A stretch of 64,000 nucleotides of DNA, taken from Candidatus Aquilonibacter sp. Lineage in GTDB: Bacteria > Acidobacteriota > Terriglobia > Terriglobales > Acidobacteriaceae. The notes below the pieces were generated by a model. It worked only from the letters and a program-made list of their open reading frames with translations. It was not told the DNA's origin and searched no databases. Shown in pieces: positions 10,126-19,103 of this stretch. Position 1 is the first letter of the stretch. Each line of letters begins with the position of its first letter. Location: assembly GCA_035523915.1 (NCBI GenBank), contig DATKPV010000015.1, forward strand, positions 35,475-99,474, in the 5' to 3' direction. The translations under genes were made by a program, and so were the position numbers.

Positions 10126-11096
10126 CTGGCGTTCCAGACAGGATCGCAACGGCTCCAGCGCTCGATTCCGACACCATCGCGGTGGTTGCAAATGGTGCGG
10201 CCAGAGAAAACCATGCCGCGGAAGCGAAACATCTGGCCTTGGCAGGGGTGGCTGGACGCTGCCCGCTGTGCTTGAGCCCCCAAACCCGCACTCTGTTCCA
10301 CGACCAAGGCAGGCGCCTCGATCAATGCCGGTCATGCGGCGCGAGCTTTCTAGTCCCGCAGCCTTTTCCATCCTCCGTCGCCGCCCGCTTTCAAAATGAA
10401 AACCCCGCACTCTTGAATGACCTGCATCGCAGGTTTGAGAAAAATCGCGAGCGGGTGTTGCGACGGGTGGCTCGCCAAATCCAGCGCAGAAGAACGCACG
10501 GCCGCATCCTCGACGTGGGCTGCGCCAGCGGGTTTTTTCTGGCGCGATTCTTCGCGGAGTCGCACTGGCAGCGCCGCGGAGTCGAACTTTCCCCCGTCAA
10601 GGCCCAGGCCGCGGTCGAAAAATGTCTTCAAGTTCATACCGGAGATGTGCACTCGGCGAATTTCGGGCCGAATGGGTTTGATGTCGTTACGGTGCTCGAC
10701 GCCTTTTACTACTTCCCCCGGCCGCAAGTGGAATTGGGAGAGTTTCGTCGAATTCTGAGCTCTGAAGGTCTACTCGCGCTCGAGTTGCCCTGGGCGGCAA
10801 GCCGCATCTGGCGCCGCTCCGGGACGCCGCGCCGGTTCTTATCCGATCGCCGGGTGCCGCTGCTCGAAAGCAGCGACCATCTCTTCTACTACACGCCGAA
10901 AGCTGTGACCCAGCTTCTCGAACACTGTGGCTTCCGGGTACTGGCCATGATTCCCCTTCCCGGAAACCGGCAGGAGTCGATGGTGCGCGAAATGTTCTGC
11001 CGCACCTACAGCTGGCTCTCCCAACTCATGCACTGGCTTTCGCGCGGCCGCTGCTTTCTCGGTCCGCGTTTCCTCGTGCTGGCGAAAAAATCCTGA
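10122..11096 (+). CDS. Class I SAM-dependent methyltransferase with N-terminal Cys4 zinc ribbon
   Basis: CPLCLS...CRSCGASF zinc-ribbon-like motif, then ILDVGCASGFFL (SAM motif I) and FDVVTVLDAFYYF. ATG 10122 overlaps the previous TGA (ATGA). Confidence 0.7.
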   Translation: MTGVPDRIATAPALDSDTIAVVANGAARENHAAEAKHLALAGVAGRCPLCLSPQTRTLFHDQGRRLDQCRSCGASFLVPQPFPSSVAARFQNENPALLNDLHRRFEKNRERVLRRVARQIQRRRTHGRILDVGCASGFFLARFFAESHWQRRGVELSPVKAQAAVEKCLQVHTGDVHSANFGPNGFDVVTVLDAFYYFPRPQVELGEFRRILSSEGLLALELPWAASRIWRRSGTPRRFLSDRRVPLLESSDHLFYYTPKAVTQLLEHCGFRVLAMIPLPGNRQESMVREMFCRTYSWLSQLMHWLSRGRCFLGPRFLVLAKKS

Positions 11097-11127
11097 GAAT
11101 TGCAGTTTAGAAATCCCGGGCATCCCT

Positions 11128-12390
11128 GTGCGGAAAATTTTTCTGCCATTTTCTCCTCCGTTGATCGGCGAGGAAGAGATCTCCGAAGTGGTGGACACGC
11201 TTCGCTCCGACTGGATCACTACCGGCCCGAAGGTAAAGCGCTTCGAGCAGGAATTCGCTCGCGCGGTGGATGCTCCGGCTGCGCTGGCGGTGAATTCCTG
11301 TACGGCTGCGCTGCACGTTGCCCTGGCAGCGCTGAATATCGGTCCGGGGGACGCGGTCATCACGACGCCGATGACCTTCTGTTCCACGGTTCACGTGATC
11401 GAGCAGGTCGGGGCGCAGCCCATTCTCGTGGACATCGACCCTGAAACGTTGAATCTCGACCCCCAGCGCGTGTACGAGGCTCTCCGGAAGGCAAAACGCA
11501 CTGGGGCCGCAGAACCGGGAACGATCAAAGCCATCATCCCGGTACACCTCTATGGACATCCCTGCGATATGGACGAACTGCTCGGTCTGGCCTCGGAATT
11601 CGAGCTGGCGGTGATTGAAGACGCTGCCCACGCCCTGCCCGCTCGCTATAAGGGACGCATGGTGGGCTCGGTTGGAACGGATTCGGCAATCCCCAGACTG
11701 ACGGCCTTCTCCTTTTACGCAACCAAAAATCTTACGACTGCCGAGGGCGGCATGCTGACGGGAGACGCGGAACTGATCAACCGCGCCCGCATCTGGAGCC
11801 TTCATGGCATGAGCCGCGACGCCTGGAGGCGTTACAGCGCCGAAGGGTCATGGCGCTACGACGTGCTAAGCCCGGGCTTCAAATACAACATGACCGATCT
11901 GCAGGCGGCAATCGGTCTCCATCAGTTAGCCAAGCTTCCGCGTTTTCATCGACGGCGCTGTGAGATCGCCGGCCGATACAATCGCGCCTTCTCCGGCATG
12001 GCGGAACTGCAGACGCCGCCCGAGAAGGCGTGGGCCACCCATGCGTGGCATCTTTACGTGCTTCGTCTGAACCCCGCACCCGCCGGGCTCTCGCGCGATA
12101 CCCTTATCGCCGAACTCCACCGTCGCAAAATCGGGACCTCGGTTCACTTCATGCCCGTGCACCTGCTTACCTACTATCGCGAGAAGTACGGCTATTCGCC
12201 GCAAGACTTTCCCGTCGCTTATGCGCAGTATGAGCGCATGCTTTCCCTGCCTTGCTGTCCGCGGATGAGCGACCAGGATGTAGGGGATGTCATCGAAGCT
12301 GTACTTGAGGTAACAGCGGCCGCGGGTAAAGCGCAGAAGCGGCTGCAGCAATCCAGTGCCGCGCATTTGCCACAAAACGCTTACTCCTAA
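11128..12390 (+). CDS. DegT/DnrJ/EryC1/StrS-family PLP-dependent sugar aminotransferase
   Basis: IFLPFSPPLIGEEEISEVVDTLRSDWITTGPKVKRFEQEFA, NSCTAALHVAL, VITTPMTF, FSFYATKNLTTAEGGML (PLP-lysine region). GTG start. Confidence 0.85.
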   Translation: MRKIFLPFSPPLIGEEEISEVVDTLRSDWITTGPKVKRFEQEFARAVDAPAALAVNSCTAALHVALAALNIGPGDAVITTPMTFCSTVHVIEQVGAQPILVDIDPETLNLDPQRVYEALRKAKRTGAAEPGTIKAIIPVHLYGHPCDMDELLGLASEFELAVIEDAAHALPARYKGRMVGSVGTDSAIPRLTAFSFYATKNLTTAEGGMLTGDAELINRARIWSLHGMSRDAWRRYSAEGSWRYDVLSPGFKYNMTDLQAAIGLHQLAKLPRFHRRRCEIAGRYNRAFSGMAELQTPPEKAWATHAWHLYVLRLNPAPAGLSRDTLIAELHRRKIGTSVHFMPVHLLTYYREKYGYSPQDFPVAYAQYERMLSLPCCPRMSDQDVGDVIEAVLEVTAAAGKAQKRLQQSSAAHLPQNAYS

Positions 12391-12417
12391 CCACATTCAG
12401 CCAGCTTTTGAGCAGAG

Positions 12418-13056
12418 GTGATTATGCACCGGATGTTCAACGTAGTGGCCGCCGCCACCGGCCTGCTGATCTTTTCGCCAGTCTTCGCCGTGGCGGCGCT
12501 GGCGATCAAACGGGATGATGGCGGGCCGGTATTCTACGCTCAGCCGAGGGTAGGACAGGGCCTGCGAACCTTTCGTCTGTTGAAGTTCCGCAGCATGGTG
12601 TGTGACGCCGACCGGGCCGGCCTTCTGACCGCGCCGGCAGACCCTCGCATCACCCGGGCCGGACGCGTTTTGCGGAAGTACAAGCTTGATGAACTGCCCC
12701 AACTCTGGAATGTGCTAAAGGGCGACATGCAGCTGGTAGGCATCCGTCCGGAGGTTCGCCGCTTCGTCGAGGCCTATCGCGAGGAGTTCGCCGTCCTGCT
12801 GCGCGAACCTCCCGGCATTACCGATCCCGCCAGCCTGGCCTACCGGCACGAGGAGGCCCTGCTTTCGCCCGAATGCATGGAGGAGCAATATCTGTCGCAA
12901 ATTCTCCCGGACAAGTTGCGCCTCTCTCTGAACTACCAGCAAAGGCGCAATTTCTTCTCCGACTTGGTGGTGCTGCTCGCCACCGTGCTCTTCCTGCCGG
13001 TGCCGAAGCGCGCGGCCCCCGTACTTGTTTCGCAGAATCGGCGGGCGCAGACGTAG
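12418..13056 (+). CDS. Small monotopic phosphoglycosyl transferase (bacterial sugar transferase, PglC/WbaP C-terminal-domain type)
   Basis: Re-entrant N-terminal helix, then DDGGPVFYAQPRVGQGLRTFRLLKFRSM and ITRAGRVLRKYKLDELPQLWNVLKGDMQLVGIRPE, the hallmark motifs of this family. GTG start. Confidence 0.85.
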   Translation: MIMHRMFNVVAAATGLLIFSPVFAVAALAIKRDDGGPVFYAQPRVGQGLRTFRLLKFRSMVCDADRAGLLTAPADPRITRAGRVLRKYKLDELPQLWNVLKGDMQLVGIRPEVRRFVEAYREEFAVLLREPPGITDPASLAYRHEEALLSPECMEEQYLSQILPDKLRLSLNYQQRRNFFSDLVVLLATVLFLPVPKRAAPVLVSQNRRAQT

Positions 13057-13126
13057 TTCGCAATCCCTTGACCGCGTCGCAAGCACAACCATCTCTCAGT
13101 TCGGCAAGGAGAACATCTTTCACTCC

Positions 13127-15067
13127 ATGCGCAAACCATCGTTCGATCCCTATTCCGCTCTGAACCAAAAAATCATTGACAGTCTGGTTGCAGGCGCCTC
13201 GTTTTATCTGGCCTATCAGGCGGTTTTCAACGACAAGGTCTCCCCGACTGGCGCCCTGCAGCTATGGGCGCTCCTCCCGGCGGTGATGCTGGGGCACGTG
13301 CTCCTGAACACGGTGCTGGGGACTTACCGCATGATCTGGCGCTATCTCGGCCTGCACGATGCATTGGTATTCGTGCGCAACTGTGCTCTTGTCCCGGCCT
13401 CACTGGCAGGGTTGCACCTGTTTGCGCCTCCATCGCTTCGGTGGTTGCAAGTTCCCATTGGCGTGATTCTGATCTCTTACCTCCTGTTGCTTGCCGGCGG
13501 GCTGGGCGCAAGAATCATCCGCCGACTTCTCTATGAAGGCATCACCATGCGGGCTCTCAACCGGCGGAATGCGGCGCCAGTGCTGCTGATCGGCGCAGGC
13601 CGGGCGGGAGTTCTCACGGCCAAAGAATTGCGCTCCCGCATCGATCTGCGTCCCGTGGCCTTTCTCGACGACGATCCGAAAAAGCGGAACAAAGTCATCG
13701 CCGGATTACGCACGCTCGGCCCGGTCGCCTTCCTCAGCCAGGCAATCGAGCAGTACAGAGTCCAACACGTGATTCTGTGCATCGCACGACCGCCACGCAT
13801 GTTGCTGCGCCAGATCTGGGCGACGGGCGAACTGATGGGAGTCGGGGTAAAGATGGTGCCAACTTTGGAACAGATTCTCGGCGGCCGAACCAGCATTGCC
13901 AGCTTCCGCAATGTGGCGATGAAAGACCTGCTGGGCCGCGATTCGATTGAAGGCTCGGCCAGTGAGACGGAGCTTCAGCGCATCTATGGCGGCAAATGCA
14001 TCCTGGTGACGGGCGCAGGAGGCTCCATTGGTTCGGAACTCGCCCTGCAACTGGCACACCTGGGCCCCAGCCGCCTTCTACTGCTCGACAAAGATGAAAA
14101 CGGCCTGAACGACACCTACCTGGAACTGCAGAAGCGCGGCTGCAACCGATGTGTCCCCCTGGTGGCTGATCTGCGTTTTCCCGAGCGGTTGCGCCAGGCG
14201 TTTGAAGACTTTCATCCCGAAGTTGTCTTTCACGCCGCTGCCCACAAGCATGTTCACCTCATGGAAATCAATCCCTGCGAAGCCATCGCCAACAACGTCA
14301 CAGGCACGCGCAATCTGGTGGAGCAGTCCACCGCCTGCGGGGTCGCGTGGTTCATCCAGGTTTCCACCGACAAGGCAGTCAACCCCACCTGTGTGATGGG
14401 CGCTTCCAAGCGGGTGGGCGAGATGATCGTCCAGGCGCAAGCCGATCGTCACTTCACGCGCTTCTGCTGTGTACGATTCGGCAATGTGTTAGGAAGCCGT
14501 GGCAGCGTGGTTCCCATCTTTCAGCAGCAGATTCTTAATGGTGGGCCGGTGACGGTCACACATCCTGAAGCCCAGAGGTTTTTAATGACCATCCCTGAGG
14601 CCGTGACTTTGCTGATCCAGGCTGGCACTCTGGCCCATCGTGGCGGAATCTTCGTTTTGGACATGGGAGAGCCTGTTCTTATCCAGAAACTAGCCCGCGA
14701 CCTGATCGAGCTCTCCGGACTGCGGCCGGACAAGGATGTACGCGTGGAGATCACGCAGATGAAGCCGGAGGAAAAAGTCGCCGAAGCTCTGGTCGACGAC
14801 GCCACTGAAACACTTCAGCCGACCGGCCTGGACAAAATTCAGGCGATCACCACCGCGGCGTTCGATGTTGCCGAGTTTGCCCACCAGCTTCGCGCTCTGG
14901 AAAAAGCGGCTCGACAGGAAGACACCGAGGCCGTTTATCGGAATCTTGGCGCGATGAACATCGGCTTTGTCTACCGGGATGCGCGCCGGGCCTGGCCCGC
15001 AACCGTGCGAACGCCGCTTTCTTCGGATCGCATCAGCGTTTCCATGAGCCCTTCGTTCGAAGCCTAA
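13127..15067 (+). CDS. Membrane-bound nucleotide-sugar 4,6-dehydratase (PglF/CapD/WbpM family)
   Basis: Four N-terminal TM helices, a first Rossmann region (VLLIGAGRAGV), then ILVTGAGGSIGSEL, HAAAHKHVHLME, VSTDKAVNPT, MGASKR, FGNVLGSRGSV. ATG 13127 has AAGGAG upstream. Confidence 0.85.
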   Translation: MRKPSFDPYSALNQKIIDSLVAGASFYLAYQAVFNDKVSPTGALQLWALLPAVMLGHVLLNTVLGTYRMIWRYLGLHDALVFVRNCALVPASLAGLHLFAPPSLRWLQVPIGVILISYLLLLAGGLGARIIRRLLYEGITMRALNRRNAAPVLLIGAGRAGVLTAKELRSRIDLRPVAFLDDDPKKRNKVIAGLRTLGPVAFLSQAIEQYRVQHVILCIARPPRMLLRQIWATGELMGVGVKMVPTLEQILGGRTSIASFRNVAMKDLLGRDSIEGSASETELQRIYGGKCILVTGAGGSIGSELALQLAHLGPSRLLLLDKDENGLNDTYLELQKRGCNRCVPLVADLRFPERLRQAFEDFHPEVVFHAAAHKHVHLMEINPCEAIANNVTGTRNLVEQSTACGVAWFIQVSTDKAVNPTCVMGASKRVGEMIVQAQADRHFTRFCCVRFGNVLGSRGSVVPIFQQQILNGGPVTVTHPEAQRFLMTIPEAVTLLIQAGTLAHRGGIFVLDMGEPVLIQKLARDLIELSGLRPDKDVRVEITQMKPEEKVAEALVDDATETLQPTGLDKIQAITTAAFDVAEFAHQLRALEKAARQEDTEAVYRNLGAMNIGFVYRDARRAWPATVRTPLSSDRISVSMSPSFEA

Positions 15068-15091
15068 GCCCAAGTCCCCCGACGCCTTGGA

Positions 15092-15847
15092 GTGACATTA
15101 GTGCCCGAAACCGATATCGCCTCGCCAAACCGCAAGGCCTCTCTCCCGCAAATTCAGCATCAGGCCGAAATCTGGACCGCAGAGCAGGTCCTGCGGTGGG
15201 CCTTCGAGACCTACGGACACCAGGTGGCCATCGCGACGGCCTTCGGCGCAGAAGGCGTGGTCCTGATCGACATCGCAGCGCACGTCTGGCCTAATGCCCG
15301 CATTTTTCTTCTTGATACCTCCTTCCTCTTCGCCGAAACCTATCGCCTGCTCGAGCAGATCGAGCAGCGTTATGGACTTTCCGTGGAGCGCGTTCATGCC
15401 GCCGTAACCCCTGAGGCGCAAGCGGAGATGTGCGGCGCCGAACTCTGGAAGCGCAACCCGGACTTGTGCTGTCTCATCAGAAAAGTCGAGCCTTTGCAGC
15501 GAAAGCTGGCTGAGCTTCAGGCCTGGATCACCTCCATCCGCCGCGAGCAGACACCGGCCCGCGCACATGCCGCAAAGATCGAATGGGACGAACAATTTTC
15601 CCGAGTGAAGATCAATCCGCTGGCCGAGTGGACGCATGAGATGGTCTGGCAGCGCATTCGCGCGCGTCAACTTCCTTACAATCCTCTTTACGACCTCAAC
15701 TACCCCAGCATCGGCTGCACCCATTGCACGCGTCCGGTCACGCCAGGAGAAAACCCCCGCGCCGGACGCTGGCCCGGCTTCGCCAAGCAGGAGTGTGGTT
15801 TGCACGCTCCGCGCCCTCAAGCCCGTTGTTCCTTCCCTCGCGACTAG
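15092..15847 (+). CDS. cysH: Adenylylsulfate (APS)/PAPS reductase, thioredoxin-dependent, Fe-S cluster type
   Basis: PAPS_reduct fold (VAIATAFGAEGVVLIDI, IFLLDTSFLF). Cys pair DLCCLIRKVEPL plus SIGCTHCT is the CC...CxxC set that binds 4Fe-4S in bacterial APS reductases. C-terminal catalytic KQECGLH. The gene starts only 24 nt after the dehydratase gene. Confidence 0.85.
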   Translation: MTLVPETDIASPNRKASLPQIQHQAEIWTAEQVLRWAFETYGHQVAIATAFGAEGVVLIDIAAHVWPNARIFLLDTSFLFAETYRLLEQIEQRYGLSVERVHAAVTPEAQAEMCGAELWKRNPDLCCLIRKVEPLQRKLAELQAWITSIRREQTPARAHAAKIEWDEQFSRVKINPLAEWTHEMVWQRIRARQLPYNPLYDLNYPSIGCTHCTRPVTPGENPRAGRWPGFAKQECGLHAPRPQARCSFPRD

Positions 15848-16105
15848 CCAACTCTTGGCTGGGCTCGCGTCCTTCACAAGGACCGGTTCGGTCCCATCCG
15901 CAGTCCCGCCAAACTGAGGTAACGCACCTTAGTTTTCAGCTGGCACCTCCGCTACCTTCTGGTCCTGTCTCGCGCTATCCCCATGGGGTACCTTTTCTTG
16001 CCAAACTGCATCCACACGGGCATTCTGCGCGGCACTTTGGTAATGCGAGTCCGGCCGGTTTCCCTCCATCGAACCCTTCAATCACTCTAAAATTTTAGGG
16101 ATACC

Positions 16106-18013
16106 GTGATACCGGCCGCCACTTCTACGAGTCCATCGCCGACGAGCCAGGAGAGCGGCTTGTCGTCCCCGCCACCGAACCCGGCGCGCATCCCGATTCT
16201 CTACCTCATTCTGGGTGTCTTGCTGGTTATCAGCACCCTTCCCATGTACTTCTACTCGGCGCAGGTGGAGAAGACAAACCGGGAAGGGCTCCAGACCAAT
16301 GAAAAGTTGCTGCAGAACGCAGTTGCCCGTTCGCTGGCGGATGATCTCTCACAACATGAGCGCTCCCTGCGCCTGATGCTGGCCAACCTATCGTCGGCGG
16401 TTCAGGTCTCGAGCGGGGGTGACATTGGCAACAGGAATATTGAAGCCCCCGAACTGCGGGCGTTGCTGGAAAATTTCGTTTCCTCCTCGGATGAACTTGC
16501 CTACGCCACCTTGCTCAATTCTGACGGCAAAGGAATTTCCGCCGGCCGTATTGTGCCGGACGCCTTTCTGCAGGTCGAACTGGAAGGGGCCTTTGCCGCC
16601 GCCCGCGACGGCCGGGCCTACAACGGCCAGGCCTTGACGGTGGGCAGCGGCGAGGCGCAACGCACGGTTGTGCTGGTCAGCAATCCTGTGAGCTACGGCG
16701 GGCGGTTTCTCGGAATGGTGGGTGCGGTCGTCGATCTGCAGTTCCTCATTCGCCGGCTGCAGGAACTCGGCGGTGGAGGGCTGATTCCTTACGTGGTTGA
16801 CGCACAGGGCCGACTGGTCGCTGCCGGGACGCCGCAATACGCCACCGGGCAGGACATGAAGAACATCGAGATCGTGCGCAATTTCGTGGATCAAGGCAAT
16901 AAGGTCCAGCTCGCGGCCACTAGCGAATTCGTTGTTCGCGAAGGGAAGGAAAACGTGGAGATGCTGGGCACGTACAGCCCGGTTACCGCATTCGACTGGG
17001 CGGTGGTGGTGCAAAAGCCAACCCGCGAAGCATACCGCGATGTCTACGAGATGCAGCGCAACGCGCGCCTGTTGGCCCTTCTGGCCGTGCTGCTCAGTAT
17101 TGGTGTAAGCACGTTCGCGGCGCGCCTCATTACCAATCCTCTCGAAACTCTCACCGCCTCCAGCCGCGCCCTGGCGCGTGGGGATTTCTCGCAACGGGTT
17201 CACTTGCGCAGCCGAACCGAGATTGGCGAACTGGCGGCAACCTTCAATACCATGTCCCAGGAACTCGAACACTTCGTAGAAGACTTGAAGCGGGCTGCCG
17301 AGGAGAATCGGGCACTGTTCCTCGGTTCGATTCAGATGCTGGCCGGCGCGGTTGACGAAAAGGATCCTTATACGCGCGGCCACTCCGATCGCGTCACGCG
17401 ATATTCGTTGCAAATCGCCAAAGAGATGAAGCTGTCTCCCGATTTCCTGGAAATCCTGCAGATTTCCGCGCAGCTGCACGATGTGGGCAAGATCGGCATC
17501 GAGGACCGGGTACTCAAGAAACCCGGCGCCCTGACTGCGGAAGAATTTGAAGTCATGAAGACCCATACCACCAAGGGCGCTAACATTCTGCGTCCGGTAA
17601 AGCAGCTGGCAGAAATGCTGCCAGGCATCGAACTTCACCACGAAGCGCTCGACGGACGCGGTTATCCTTACGGTCTCAGAGGGGACCAAATTCCTCTGCT
17701 GCCGCGGGTGATCGCCGTCGCCGACACCTTCGACGCCCTTACCACGAATCGCCCCTACCAGCAGGCGCACACTCCGGAGCAGGCGCTGCAGATTATCCAG
17801 AACCTCGCCGGTAAGCGGCTCGATCCCGAGGCGGTGGCTGCGCTTCTGGCGGTGTATGAACGCGGCGAAATTCGGATTCAGCGCCTCGTGGTGGTGAGGC
17901 GGCCGGTGGCTGTGGAAGGCAATGCGAGTGTTCCCGCCACCGCAGCCGTCGCTCCGGTTGCGCCACCCGCCACCACAGCAGAGTTGGCAGACCTCGAAAG
18001 AAGCCGCGTCTAG
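16106..18013 (+). CDS. Transmembrane sensor with periplasmic Cache-like domain, HAMP and HD-GYP c-di-GMP phosphodiesterase domain
   Basis: Two TM helices flank a roughly 270 aa extracytoplasmic domain. HAMP region (PLETLTASSRALARGDFSQRV...IGELAATFNTM). HD-GYP region (RGHSDRVTRY, LHDVGKIG, HHEALDGRGYPYGL, IAVADTFDALTTNRPY). GTG start. Confidence 0.85.
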   Translation: MIPAATSTSPSPTSQESGLSSPPPNPARIPILYLILGVLLVISTLPMYFYSAQVEKTNREGLQTNEKLLQNAVARSLADDLSQHERSLRLMLANLSSAVQVSSGGDIGNRNIEAPELRALLENFVSSSDELAYATLLNSDGKGISAGRIVPDAFLQVELEGAFAAARDGRAYNGQALTVGSGEAQRTVVLVSNPVSYGGRFLGMVGAVVDLQFLIRRLQELGGGGLIPYVVDAQGRLVAAGTPQYATGQDMKNIEIVRNFVDQGNKVQLAATSEFVVREGKENVEMLGTYSPVTAFDWAVVVQKPTREAYRDVYEMQRNARLLALLAVLLSIGVSTFAARLITNPLETLTASSRALARGDFSQRVHLRSRTEIGELAATFNTMSQELEHFVEDLKRAAEENRALFLGSIQMLAGAVDEKDPYTRGHSDRVTRYSLQIAKEMKLSPDFLEILQISAQLHDVGKIGIEDRVLKKPGALTAEEFEVMKTHTTKGANILRPVKQLAEMLPGIELHHEALDGRGYPYGLRGDQIPLLPRVIAVADTFDALTTNRPYQQAHTPEQALQIIQNLAGKRLDPEAVAALLAVYERGEIRIQRLVVVRRPVAVEGNASVPATAAVAPVAPPATTAELADLERSRV

Positions 18014-18085
18014 GCTGGCTTCCTGTCACCCAGTCCCCTCTGCCCGTCCTTCCAGTGCCGCTATAATCGACATGCGGTCACTTTT

Positions 18086-19042
18086 ATGATTCAAACTCTG
18101 TTCGGCAGTCTCGAAGAAGAAAAAAAGGCCGGCCTTCTCGAGCGCATGAAGCAGGCGGTCTCCCGTACGCGGGAGAATCTTGCCGAGCGCATTGAAGAAG
18201 TTGTTTCCATCGGAAAGGAAATCGATCGTGGGACACTCGACGATCTGGAAGCTACGCTGATTGGAGCCGACCTGGGCGCAACCACCGCGGGCGAAGTCCT
18301 CGCGAAGCTTCGCGAAAAAGCGGACCGCAAACAGATCAAGGATGTCGGCGAGCTCAAGCGGCTTCTGAAAGAAGAGTTGCTGGCCATCCTGAACTCCGCC
18401 AATACGCGTCCTGTAGAGAAAGTCGAGAGCACACCCGAGGTGATAATTGTGGTTGGCGTGAACGGCACGGGCAAGACCACGACCATCGGGAAGCTCTCAC
18501 AGGCGTTCCGCACTCAGGGCAAAACAGTTCTTCTGTGTGCGGCCGACACGTTTCGCGCGGCGGCCATCGATCAATTGGAAATCTGGGGACAACGGACGGG
18601 CACAGAGGTGATCCGTACCAGGCCCGGCGGCGACCCAGCAGCGGTTTTATTCGATGCGTTGCAGGCCGCCAGCGCACGCAAAACTGACTATGTCATCGTC
18701 GACACGGCTGGGCGTCTGCACACAAAGACCAGCCTGATGTCGGAACTGGAGAAAATGCGCCGCACCGCGCAGCGCATTATTCCCGGTGCGCCCCACGAAA
18801 CGCTTCTGGTCATGGACGCTACCACCGGACAGAATGGCCTGCAGCAGGCCCGGCTGTTCACGCAGTCGGCGGGCGTAACTGGCATCGTCCTCACCAAACT
18901 CGATGGCACCGCGAAGGGCGGTGTAGTCGTAGCTATCTCGCGTGAATTAGGCTTGCCTGTTCGCTTTGTCGGAGTGGGTGAGAAAGCGGGCGACTTGCTG
19001 CCGTTCGATCCCAAGGAATTTGTGGATTCGCTTTTCGAATGA
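18086..19042 (+). CDS. ftsY: Signal recognition particle receptor FtsY
   Basis: NG domain motifs GVNGTGKTTTIGKL, DTAGRL, TKLDGTAKGG, and a C-terminal GVGEKAGDLLPFDP. Confidence 0.9.
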   Translation: MIQTLFGSLEEEKKAGLLERMKQAVSRTRENLAERIEEVVSIGKEIDRGTLDDLEATLIGADLGATTAGEVLAKLREKADRKQIKDVGELKRLLKEELLAILNSANTRPVEKVESTPEVIIVVGVNGTGKTTTIGKLSQAFRTQGKTVLLCAADTFRAAAIDQLEIWGQRTGTEVIRTRPGGDPAAVLFDALQAASARKTDYVIVDTAGRLHTKTSLMSELEKMRRTAQRIIPGAPHETLLVMDATTGQNGLQQARLFTQSAGVTGIVLTKLDGTAKGGVVVAISRELGLPVRFVGVGEKAGDLLPFDPKEFVDSLFE

Positions 19043-19103
19043 GTGACACTTTCCCACGCTGAACGGGGAAACGCGAACTCGAAACTTGCATTCAGGAGAG
19101 CGC

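Noticed and set aside
15883-15900. GGTTCGGTCC stretch that looks superficially like a tRNA T-arm or a terminator hairpin after cysH.
   Set aside because: No acceptor or anticodon arms can be built around it. The stem is only 5 bp and there is no T-run.
15941-15956. TGGCAC element upstream of the HD-GYP gene, as a possible sigma54 -24 box.
   Set aside because: The -12 position reads CTAC rather than TTGC, so the match to TGGCACG-N4-TTGC is too weak.
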